The translations under genes and the position numbers were made by a program. Shown here piece after piece: positions 9,363 to 18,274 of a stretch of DNA of 64,000 nucleotides (the stretch's first letter is position 1; each line of letters opens with the position of its first letter). Origin of the DNA: an uncultured delta proteobacterium (GTDB taxonomy: Bacteria > Myxococcota_A > Polyangia > Polyangiales > Polyangiaceae); contig CAWJCS010000001.1 in the NCBI GenBank assembly GCA_963841435.1, positions 288,001 to 352,000 of the forward strand. The letters run 5' to 3'. The notes under the pieces were generated by a model. The model saw only the letters and a list, made by a program, of their open reading frames with translations. It did not search any database and was not told the DNA's origin.

Positions 9363-12300
9363 ATGTCCCTCCCCCGCGGCCTCTACGAGCTCCTCATCAC
9401 GAGAGACCTCGAAGCCCGCCTGCGCGACCACGCCGAACGCACCGACGTCGAACACACCGCCGCCGAACGTACCCACGCCGAACGCACCGACACCGAACGC
9501 ACCGACACCGAACGCACCCACGCCGAACGCACCGAGCTCCGCCACGCTGACGCCGCCGATCGGATTGCCGTGCACCTCGCGCGCGTCATCGAGCGCGCCG
9601 TCGAATCATTCGGCGACAGGGAGCGCGTCGAAAAGGGCATCGAGCTCGCGCGAAAGCTCATCGAAGACATCGACGCCGTCGTCACGGGCGACCTCGGCCG
9701 CGAGTCGCCGGTCACGCCGGGCGCCGTCCTCCGCGCTGTGGTCGCGCGCCTGCCGGGCGGCGGCACCGAAAGCATCCCCGAGCCGCTGATCCCCCTGCTC
9801 GACACGGCCCTGCTCACCAACGCCCCAGGCGAGCCGCGCGTCGGCCACCAGCTGGAGGCCGAGATCCACTCCGCCGATCGCATCGACCTCGTCATGGCGT
9901 TCATCCGCAGAAGCGGCGTCGCCCCGCTCCTCGCCGCCCTGCGCGCCCACTGCGAAGCAGGCCGCCCGCTCCGCGTCCTCACGACCACGTACACCGGTTC
10001 GACGGAACCGGCCGCGCTCGACCAGCTCCGCGCCTTCGGTGCCGACCTCCGCGTCTCCTACGACACCACCACCACGCGCCTGCACGCCAAAGCCTGGCTC
10101 TTCCACCGCCGCTCGGGCTTCTCCACCGCCTACATCGGCTCATCGAACCTCACCCACTCAGCGCAGGTGACCGGCCTCGAATGGAACGTCCGCGCCTCCG
10201 CCGCGCGCAACGCCCCCGTCATCGACAAAGTCGCCGCCGTCTTCGAAAGCTACTGGCAGAGCGGCGACTTCAAACCCTACGACGCTGCCGAATTCCTCGA
10301 ACGCACGAAGAGCACCGCGTCGGGCCCCGAAGTCTTCCTGAGCCCCATCGAGCTCCGCCCCGAGCCCTTCCAGGAGCGCCTGCTCGAACAGATCGCGCTC
10401 GCCCGCGAGCTCGGCCACCACAAAAACCTCCTCGTCTCCGCCACCGGCACCGGCAAAACCGTCATGGCCGCCGTTGACTACGCGCGCCTGCGCACAGCGC
10501 TCCCCCGCGCGCGCCTCCTCTTCGTCGCCCACCGCGAAGAAATCCTCACGCAGAGCCGCGCCACCTTCCGCCACGGCCTGCGCGACCACAGCTTCGGCGA
10601 GCTGTGGGTAGGCGGCCGCAAACCCGAACACTTCGAGCACGTCTTCGCCTCCATCCAGAGCCTCAACGCCGCAGGCTTCACCGACCTCGACCCCGAGCAC
10701 TTCGACGTCGTCATCGTCGACGAATTCCACCACGCCGCCGCGCCCTCCTACCGCGCCCTGCTCGACCACGTGCGCCCCCGCGAGCTGCTCGGCCTGACCG
10801 CCACCCCCGAACGCAGCGACGGCCTCCCGCTGCTCGAATGGTTCGAGCACCGCATCGCCGCCGAGCTCCGCCTCTGGGACGCGATCGACCAACACCGCCT
10901 CTCCCCGTTCACCTACTACGGCATCCACGACGGCCTGGATCTCCGCGACGTCCCCTGGCGCCGCGGCCGCGGCTACGACGTGGAGGGCCTCACCAACGTC
11001 CTTACCGCAAACGACGCCTGGGCAAGACTCGTCCTCAAAGAGCTCCTCCAACGTGTGGACGACCCGCACCGCATGCGCGCCCTCGGCTTCTGCGTCAGCG
11101 TCGAGCACGCGCGCTTCATGGCCCGCGTCTTTGCCGAGGCGTCCCTCGCCGCGACCGCCATCTGGGCCGACAGCCCCGACGACGAACGCAAAGCCGCCCT
11201 CAAAAACCTCGCCGCCGGCACCCTCAACGTCGTCTTCTCCGTCAACCTCTTCAACGAAGGCGTCAACCTCCCCGTCGTCGACACCGTCCTCTTCCTCCGC
11301 CCGACGGACAGCCCCACGCTCTTCCTCCAGCAGCTCGGCCGCGGCCTGCGCCGGAGCCCCGGCAAAACCAACTGCCTCGTCCTCGACTTCGTCGGCCAGC
11401 ACCGAAAAGAATTCCGCTTCGACCGCCGCTTCGGCGCCCTGCTCGGCGGCACCCGCACCGACGTCGCCGACCAAGTCAAACAAGGCTTCCCCTTCCTCCC
11501 CGCGGGCTGCCACATGGAGCTCGACCGCGTCGCCACCGACATCGTCCTCCGCAGCCTCCGCGAATCCGTCCCCACCCGCTGGCAAGCCAAAGTCGACGAG
11601 CTCCGCGCCCTCCACGCCACCCACCCCGACCTCCGCCTCGCCGACTACCTGGAACAGACAGGCCTCGACCTCGCCGACCTCTACGACGGCGGCCGCTCCT
11701 TTACCGACCTCCGCTCCGCCGCCGGCGTCACCCTGCCGCCCGCCGGCCCCAGCGAAGAAACCCTGCGCCGCGCCTGCGGCCGCCTCCTCCACGTCAACGA
11801 CCTCCCGCGCATCGACGCCTGGGCGCGCCTCCTATCGAGCGAAGCGCCGCCCGACGCCGCGAGTCTCGACCCGAAAGAGCAGCGACTGCTCCGCATGCTG
11901 GTCGCATCAGTCGCCGACAAGGCGGTGACGAAATCCACGCCGCTCGGCGAGGGCGTGAGCCTGCTCTGGGCGCATCCCGCAGTGCGCCTGGAGCTGCTCG
12001 AGCTCCTGGACGTGCTCCGCTCGCGCGTCTCGCACGTGCATCCACCGCTCGATTCCCATCCGCTCGTGCCGCTGCGTGTGCACGCGCGCTACTCGCGCCT
12101 GGAGATCCTGGCCGCCTTCGGCATCGGAGAGGGGGCCAAGGTGGCGCCGTGGCAAACGGGCGTCTACTTCGCCGACCAGGCCCGCGCGGACCTCCTGGCC
12201 TTCACACTCGACAAAACGAGCGGCAAGTTCTCACCAACCACGCGCTACCGCGACTACGCGATCAGTCGGGAGCTCATCCACTGGGAGAGCCAGTCGGTGA

Positions 12301-12524
12301 CGCGCGCCGACGGGGAGACCGGCCAGCGCTACCAGCGCCACGTGGAGCTCGGCACGAGCGTGCAGCTCTTCGCGCGGCAGCGCCAAGACGACCGCGCGTT
12401 CTGGTTCTTGGGGCCGGCGACCTACGTGAGCCACGAATCGGAGATGCCGATGGCCGTCACTTGGAGGCTGGAGCATGCTTTGCCGGGGGACTTGTTCGTC
12501 GGGTTTGCGGCGGCGGTGGCGTAG
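9363..12524 (+). CDS. PLD (HKD) nuclease-SF2 helicase-DUF3427 protein, SauUSI-like type IV restriction candidate
   Basis: LHAKAW...YIGSSNL (PLD); SATGTGKT, VDEFHH, GLTATPER and QQLGRGLR (helicase); C-terminal YRDYAIS.ELIHWESQS (DUF3427). Confidence 0.9.
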   Translation: MSLPRGLYELLITRDLEARLRDHAERTDVEHTAAERTHAERTDTERTDTERTHAERTELRHADAADRIAVHLARVIERAVESFGDRERVEKGIELARKLIEDIDAVVTGDLGRESPVTPGAVLRAVVARLPGGGTESIPEPLIPLLDTALLTNAPGEPRVGHQLEAEIHSADRIDLVMAFIRRSGVAPLLAALRAHCEAGRPLRVLTTTYTGSTEPAALDQLRAFGADLRVSYDTTTTRLHAKAWLFHRRSGFSTAYIGSSNLTHSAQVTGLEWNVRASAARNAPVIDKVAAVFESYWQSGDFKPYDAAEFLERTKSTASGPEVFLSPIELRPEPFQERLLEQIALARELGHHKNLLVSATGTGKTVMAAVDYARLRTALPRARLLFVAHREEILTQSRATFRHGLRDHSFGELWVGGRKPEHFEHVFASIQSLNAAGFTDLDPEHFDVVIVDEFHHAAAPSYRALLDHVRPRELLGLTATPERSDGLPLLEWFEHRIAAELRLWDAIDQHRLSPFTYYGIHDGLDLRDVPWRRGRGYDVEGLTNVLTANDAWARLVLKELLQRVDDPHRMRALGFCVSVEHARFMARVFAEASLAATAIWADSPDDERKAALKNLAAGTLNVVFSVNLFNEGVNLPVVDTVLFLRPTDSPTLFLQQLGRGLRRSPGKTNCLVLDFVGQHRKEFRFDRRFGALLGGTRTDVADQVKQGFPFLPAGCHMELDRVATDIVLRSLRESVPTRWQAKVDELRALHATHPDLRLADYLEQTGLDLADLYDGGRSFTDLRSAAGVTLPPAGPSEETLRRACGRLLHVNDLPRIDAWARLLSSEAPPDAASLDPKEQRLLRMLVASVADKAVTKSTPLGEGVSLLWAHPAVRLELLELLDVLRSRVSHVHPPLDSHPLVPLRVHARYSRLEILAAFGIGEGAKVAPWQTGVYFADQARADLLAFTLDKTSGKFSPTTRYRDYAISRELIHWESQSVTRADGETGQRYQRHVELGTSVQLFARQRQDDRAFWFLGPATYVSHESEMPMAVTWRLEHALPGDLFVGFAAAVA
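9432..9536 (+). repeat. Seven tandem 15-bp units (consensus GCCGAACGCACCGAC), in frame
   Basis: Encodes AERTD-VEHTA-AERTH-AERTD-TERTD-TERTH-AERTE. Confidence 0.9.
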
Positions 12525-12656
12525 GGGGGCACGCGCGGCACCAAGGTAGATCGGCCCGAGAAGGCGCGCATAGCCGTCTTCCTCCAAAGGGTGGTTCGCA
12601 CTCTGTGATCTGATCGCAAACGAGGACGGAGGATGAGCAAGCGACTGCCGATCTAC

Positions 12657-13976
12657 TCACTCGAGATCGTCCGCCCGCCACCAGAGCTTCCGCTTGGCCT
12701 CCTCGAAATGCTCCTCGGGCGTGTGCCATTCCGAGAAGTGATCCATGGCGTTGCCGCCACCGAAAAGCCGGCGTGCGCTCTCAAGCCGCTGCTCGACGGC
12801 AGCTCGCCCATTCTCGTCCAGCTTCTCCCACCCCTCGGCAAGCCCGGTGAAGAACTTCTCGATATTGGTCGCCGTCACCCAGCGCTCAATCACTTTTAGC
12901 AGCTCATGACGGCTCTCCTCGTCAGCCTTCGCGCGGATCTCCTCGAGCTCTTTGCGGTGCCGCTCGCGCTCAGCCGCAACGTATCGCTCGTGCTCCTCTT
13001 TCCGCTTCCGCTCGGATTCCTGTGCCTGCGAGGCGAGCTGCGGGGCCGTCGCCTCGAGTTCGTCACCGATGCCTTCAAGCAGCCGCTTCAGTTCGCCGGG
13101 TTTGGCTTCACGCCAGTAGTGTTCCCACGGCGCACCCAAGTACGGCGAATACGCCTGCACTCCGAGTCTGCCGCTCGGGAGGGAATGCTTTGAGAAGCCC
13201 CAGCTCCTCTCCGCGCGAAGCCGCTCCATGGCCTTGCTCTGCGGCACGCGGACATAGTCGCCGTCGCTGTACATGACCTCGACCTCTTCCGCGATCTCGA
13301 AAACGACCAGCCCGACGGCGACGCCACCGATATAGACGAGCGTGGGACGCGCCGACGACCAGACGCGAGATGAGTCGTAGTGGCGATGGCGCGACGGTTT
13401 GCCGCCCGGATGCTCCTCATGCTCGAGCTCGGGTCGCCTATAGCCTTGGGCCCCCGCCTGGCGCACCCAATGGCCGCGATCCTCGAGCGCCAGATACAGG
13501 CGGTTCGGTAGGTTCAGCGCATCGTCGAGAGCGTCCTTGGAAACGAAGATGTCCGGCAGAGCGCCGCGCTTGGGGACGAGATACCCGTGCCGCTCGTACT
13601 TCCTGGGCTTCGAATCGAGGAAGTCTTCACGGACGCCCGCGAGCACTGGGTGCGTCTTGGGGCGCTCTCCCCTCCGCGTCTTCCGCTCGCCGAGGCCCAC
13701 GAACACCGGCGTCGGGATTTCACGCACCTCGTAGCCACCGTCGGTGCCGCGCTTCCACGCCGTCACGTCCCCGGGGTCTGGGGCGGGCAAGGGATCGCGC
13801 TTGGGGTCTTTGCCCGCGCCAAGTTGCTGCCAATAGCCGCGCCCGGGACGCGGGATCTTCAGCTGCTCGCAGATGCGGGCGAGATAGTTCGACGAGACGG
13901 CGTACCGCTCGGCGACGGTGGTCATGGGTTCCTTCCAGACCTCGTCATAGAGGGTTTCCCGAGTGATCGTGGTCAC
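12657..13976 (-). CDS. Conserved hypothetical protein with N-terminal HTH-like motif and C-terminal coiled coil
   Basis: ITRETLYDEVWKEPMTTVAERYAVSSNYLARICEQLKIPRPGRGYW; protein-like composition over 439 aa. Confidence 0.75.
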   Translation of the reverse strand: MTTITRETLYDEVWKEPMTTVAERYAVSSNYLARICEQLKIPRPGRGYWQQLGAGKDPKRDPLPAPDPGDVTAWKRGTDGGYEVREIPTPVFVGLGERKTRRGERPKTHPVLAGVREDFLDSKPRKYERHGYLVPKRGALPDIFVSKDALDDALNLPNRLYLALEDRGHWVRQAGAQGYRRPELEHEEHPGGKPSRHRHYDSSRVWSSARPTLVYIGGVAVGLVVFEIAEEVEVMYSDGDYVRVPQSKAMERLRAERSWGFSKHSLPSGRLGVQAYSPYLGAPWEHYWREAKPGELKRLLEGIGDELEATAPQLASQAQESERKRKEEHERYVAAERERHRKELEEIRAKADEESRHELLKVIERWVTATNIEKFFTGLAEGWEKLDENGRAAVEQRLESARRLFGGGNAMDHFSEWHTPEEHFEEAKRKLWWRADDLE

Positions 13977-14134
13977 GTTCGGGAAGATACTATCGTCGCC
14001 CCCGCCCACCCGCACCGACCCGCTGCTCAGGTCGGGCGGACGCTTGCGTGTGAGGGTGAACGCCCAATTCCGGCCCTAGAACCCGCCTAGTCCATCGAGG
14101 GAACACGCGGTAGGTTACGGTTGTTCAAGTCGGC

Positions 14135-15277
14135 ATGCCCCGCTCTCCATTTGCCACGCTCATCTTTCGAGGCAAGCGCTTCGACGATGCAGCAATGCCA
14201 GTCGAGGCGCTGCCCGAGCTCGCCGCGTATCGAGACCTCGTCGCCGCCGTGGCGAAGGAGTTGTTCTTCGCCGAGAACCCTGGACGTCTGCGGCTGCCCA
14301 AGGGGTTCGATGCTTCGTTCCGGCTGACGCTTTCTCGTGTCGAGGACGGAAGCGCCGTGCCCATCGTGGAGCGCACACTGCCCGCGAACGAGCTATTTCC
14401 GGGCACCGATCTATTTGACAGCGCGCGCGACGAAGTGGAAGCGGCCATCAACGCACTTCGCTCGAACGCCGCGCTGCCGTCGTGGCTCAACCCCGCCGTG
14501 TCCGCTCGCTTTAGCTCCTTCGGTCGCACGCTGCGCGATGACGAGGCAGTGGTGGTCGCGGCCGCTGGGAAGCGCGACGGCGCGCTCTACGACCGCCAAG
14601 TTCGGCGGGCTATCCTCGTGCGCTCCCAGGGAACGTACGAGGAAGAGGTTGATCTGATTGGTGTCGTCCGCGAGACGGACGTCGACCAGGATTCCTTTGA
14701 GATCCGGCTCGCCGATGATCGCCGGATCCCCATTCGAGCGTCGCGGCCCTTCCTGAAGCAGATCGTGGATTCGCTTCAGCGTGACACCGCCGTTCGTGTC
14801 TCCGGTACGGGCGTCCACGATGCTGAAGGCAAACTGCTGCGCGTGGCCCAAGCGACTGACGTGAGCGCAGCCGAAGAGGGCGACGTGGCCAGCGGGCGCC
14901 CCGGCTGCAGAATCCCCGTCGACGAACAGGTCGCTTCGCTCAGCGGCTTGGCCGACGGATGGCTCGACGGCGAGGGCCGGGCCTACGATGCCGACGTCCT
15001 TGCCTGGTCCGCGAAGCTGTTGCGCGGAATCGTGGACGGCTTCGAACTCGCGATCCCGCACATCTACCCGACGCCCGAGGGCTGCGTGCGGGCCGAGTGG
15101 TCGCGTCCGAGATGGGAGATCTCGGCGGAACTCGACTCCTCCCGGAAGGTGTCCGAGGTTCGGGCTGTTCGGCTCGACGCCGATGAGATGCACGAACGGA
15201 CTTTTTCGCTGGTCGAGCCGGGGCAGGAGATCCTGTTCGGGAGCTTTCTGGCGAATCAGCTGCATGGGGATGAATGA
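14135..15277 (+). CDS. Hypothetical multidomain protein (possible OB-like middle, C-terminal GWLDG...IYPTPEG domain)
   Basis: 380-aa ORF with normal composition; ATGA-coupled to the next gene. Confidence 0.75.
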   Translation: MPRSPFATLIFRGKRFDDAAMPVEALPELAAYRDLVAAVAKELFFAENPGRLRLPKGFDASFRLTLSRVEDGSAVPIVERTLPANELFPGTDLFDSARDEVEAAINALRSNAALPSWLNPAVSARFSSFGRTLRDDEAVVVAAAGKRDGALYDRQVRRAILVRSQGTYEEEVDLIGVVRETDVDQDSFEIRLADDRRIPIRASRPFLKQIVDSLQRDTAVRVSGTGVHDAEGKLLRVAQATDVSAAEEGDVASGRPGCRIPVDEQVASLSGLADGWLDGEGRAYDADVLAWSAKLLRGIVDGFELAIPHIYPTPEGCVRAEWSRPRWEISAELDSSRKVSEVRAVRLDADEMHERTFSLVEPGQEILFGSFLANQLHGDE

Positions 15278-15687
15278 CGGCGACTGCGCTAGACGAGGAC
15301 GCCGAGCTCTTGTTCCGCCAGGTGCACCCGGCTTTTGTTCGCGACGGTCGCGTCGGGAGCCAGGCTTTCCGCCCGACTCCGAAGGACGAGCGACTTCTGT
15401 CGGTGGCACGCGGAGCCATCACGACGGCGCGCGCCGCATACGAGCTCCACACCGGATGCCTCAAGCTTTCGTCCGCCGGGGCGTGGGCTGTTACCGTCGC
15501 GGAGTCCACGGCGCTCGGTTTGCCGTCCCGACCTGACGAGATTACCGAGGGGCCCTGCCCCGATCCGGCGCATGCTGTGGTCGACTTCACCGCACTCACC
15601 AACAGCAAGGTGGAGGCGCACGGCGCTCGCCTTGCGCGCCTCGCGAACGAGCGTGGGCGGCAATACGCGCCCGACGACGGCGCGTAA
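15274..15687 (+). CDS. Small protein with an ADP-ribosyltransferase-like motif pattern (candidate toxin/effector)
   Basis: LLFRQVHP...SQAF...LLSV...GAWAVTV...PAHAVV (R-S-H spacing); ATGA overlap with the upstream gene. Confidence 0.6.
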   Translation: MTATALDEDAELLFRQVHPAFVRDGRVGSQAFRPTPKDERLLSVARGAITTARAAYELHTGCLKLSSAGAWAVTVAESTALGLPSRPDEITEGPCPDPAHAVVDFTALTNSKVEAHGARLARLANERGRQYAPDDGA

Positions 15688-15828
15688 GAGCGGATGGGCG
15701 TAGTGGGCGCCCGCGGCCCGAGGGTCACCGCGTTGCCGAAGCCGACTTCTTCCCGCTCGTTGCGCTGACGCCAGAAGCCACGAACCCACCAGCGGAGGCT
15801 GGAGGGTCATCGCGTCGTACAACGGTTA

Positions 15829-16836
15829 CAGCAGTTTTCAATGAGATGGATCACGGAGAGGGGTATCCGCAGTGGCCGAACCATCCGGCGGAGTCGGCCG
15901 GCGTGATCGCGTGAAGCGCATCGGCGACGGCGCAGACCAGTCGTCGCCACGTGCGGGCACCAAGGCGACGCAGGAGCGCTTTCGCCTTCGACCAGGCCAG
16001 TTCGATCGGGTTGAGGTCGGGAGAGTAGGGTGGCAGGAACTCGAGCCGCGCGCCGGTGCACTCGACAGCGAGGCGCACCTCGAAGTCGGTGTGAATGCCC
16101 AGGTTGTCCCAGATGACGATGTCTCCCGGCTTCAGGAGCGGGACAAGGAACTCCCGAGCCCAGACGCGCATCGCCTCGGTGTTCATCGCGCCGGGCAACA
16201 ACAACGGTGCATGCACGCCGTCGAGCGACAGCGCGGCGATCAGCGAGAAGTTCTCCCAGCGCCTGCCCGGAACGTGGTTGACGAGCCGCTCGCCGCGCGG
16301 AGCCCAACCGTTTGCCCGCGTGAGCGCGAGGTTGACCCCACTCTCGTCCACGAACCAAAGGCGTCTCTTGCGCCAGCGCTGCCGACGCTTGCAGAATACC
16401 TCCCGGGCGCAGACTACGTCCGGCCGCTCGCGCTCCGAGGCCTGGAGGGACTTTTTTTTCGAGTCAGGCCGAGCCGGCGCAGGCTCCGCCACATCGTCGT
16501 CTCGCTGACCGCGACGGCGGTCTGCTTCGCCAGCAACTCCGACAGCTCCACGAGGGAAGCGTCCGGCCGCTTCGCAGCGAGCTTTCGTAGCCGTCGCTCC
16601 GTCGCCCCCTTCACCAAGCGCTCCTTGCCCGGGGCCTTTCCCGGTGCCGGATCCCCCGTTTCCCGAACCTGGATCCGAAGCTTCCGAACGAAGCTCGCGC
16701 TCACCGCGAACCTCCGTCCCACCCGCAATGACGAACTGTCTTCTGACAGCGCGTCCAAGATCCGCTTGCGCAAGTCCAACGAGAGCGCGGCCATGAAGAC
16801 CGCGTATCACGTGTCATGAATCATGGAAAGGGGCTG
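15829..16836 (-). mobile_element. IS630-family insertion sequence (1008 bp)
   Basis: TA on both flanks (15827-28 and 16837-38); IRs CAGCAGTTTTCAATGA and CAGCCCCTTTCCATGA (12/16 match). Confidence 0.9.
15851..16794 (-). CDS. IS630 transposase in two frames joined by a -1 frameshift at an A8 tract (16452-16459)
   Basis: HTH ORF (LSLDLRKRI...LRRLGLTRKK) plus DDE ORF (WFVDESG, IWDNL, LPPYSPDLNPIE). Confidence 0.9.
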
Positions 16837-16976
16837 TAGTTGCGCCGGGCCGATCCGCTCGCTGTGTTGCTCTTGCGAGCCAAAAAGGTGCGGCGAGTGA
16901 CGTTCCGGACCAAGTCTTCGACGAACAGGACTGAACGCGACTGGTCGGATCGGCGGGGCGGTTGTAGGACAGCTTC

Positions 16977-17280
16977 ATGGCCGACGCGGCTCGAGTTCTG
17001 GAAGAAGCGCTGGCGCTTGCGGCGAGCGAGCGAGCGCGCGCGCATACCGCATGAACTCATCCAGAGCCTCGAGCCGGAGGACTCCGACGCCGCCGCGGCC
17101 TGGAGCGACGAGATCCGACGACGCGTGGACGAGATCGACGCGGGGACCGCCGAGCTCGAAGACTGGGAGACCGTTCGAGCCCGGCTCGAAGCCGCCGGTC
17201 GGACGTGACGCGCCTGCGGTTCCACCGCGCCGCAAGCGCGGAAGCGGAGGCCTGGGTGCGTTGGTACAACGAGCGGGTGG
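16977..17280 (+). pseudogene. Addiction-module antitoxin (frameshifted) plus ParE stub; copy 2
   Basis: MADAARVLEEALALAAS, then the same extra AGCG as copy 1; toxin ends shortly after WYNERVA. Confidence 0.75.
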
Positions 17281-17436
17281 CCGTGTATCCAGCTCGCGCT
17301 CGAGGCTACGGCCCCTCTTCTGGGACGAGCAAGCCCTCATAACCCTGTCGCGATTGCGCTGAGCCCTTCCGGCCAATTTCGGCTCTGTTGAGCTTTGCTC
17401 TCTCATATCGCGCTCATTCCAGGCCCCATACCACGG

Positions 17437-18053
17437 TCACTTTGGGGGCCAGGCCGGGCCTGCGACGTAGTGGGCACCGCGGCGCTCGCCTCGGAGCTCG
17501 ACCACCCCGGCGCGGACCCACGCAGCAAGCGCGGCTCGAGCGCGCTCCCGCTCGACGCCAAACGCTTCACGGTAGTCCGAGTTCGTGATGCGACCCGTGA
17601 GCGCCATGTGCTGCACGAGTTGCTCCGCCGGGGTGCGCTGCACCGTTGCGCCGCCTTGGTGCGCCTTCACCACGGCGTACTGTCGGCCACGAGTGGCACC
17701 CGATGTCCGAACCAGACCTCGCGTTTCGAGCTCCTGAAGCTCCCGGTATGCCACGTCCCGGTCGACCCGGTTGAGTTCTTGGTAGTCGCTGCTCTGAAAT
17801 CCCGAGCGGTCGGCAAACGCGGCGAGGGCGCGCTTCTGCCGAACTTCGAGCGGCAAGCCCCGAACGTGCTTGGCCCAACTTTCATCCATCGTTCCGAAGA
17901 TCGGCTCGTTGCGCAACGTAACGGTCACGTCGTGTCCGCTCGCGACGATGTCGGGAGGTGGCAACCACGAGAGCTCCATCTCCTCGATCATGCGTGGGAT
18001 CCCTTCACCTTGCTGCCGCATGACTCCGAGCTCGGTCAGAACGCGAGCAACGC
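17437..18053 (-). pseudogene. 5'-truncated paralogue of the AlbA_2/HATPase gene at 41714-43390
   Basis: VARVLTELGVMRQQGEGIPRMIEEMELSWLP...GERRGAHYVAGPAWPP matches the C-terminal ~200 aa of that gene. Confidence 0.85.
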
Positions 18054-18274
18054 GATGCGACGGGCCATCGCCACGTGACGTTCTACCTCAGAGCTCCCGC
18101 GGCCGGAAGAATCACGCGCTCAGTGCGAGCCCGGAGCGCGCATCCCGACTCGGCTGCACCTGCGCAGCGTCCGGCACATGCACCCGCTGGAGACCCGGTG
18201 TGGCGGTTGCCGCCGTGGCGCGACGGGATGGACCGGCAGAACGCTCTCCGCATGACATGCGGCGTTGGGAAGAC

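Noticed and set aside
9432-9536. Tandem repeats as a possible CRISPR array
   Set aside because: The 15-bp units are contiguous, have no spacers and lie in frame within a CDS; no cas genes are seen.
16414-16460. IS630 transposase as a pseudogene
   Set aside because: The frame change lies at an A8 tract, the usual programmed slippage site of two-ORF IS630 elements.
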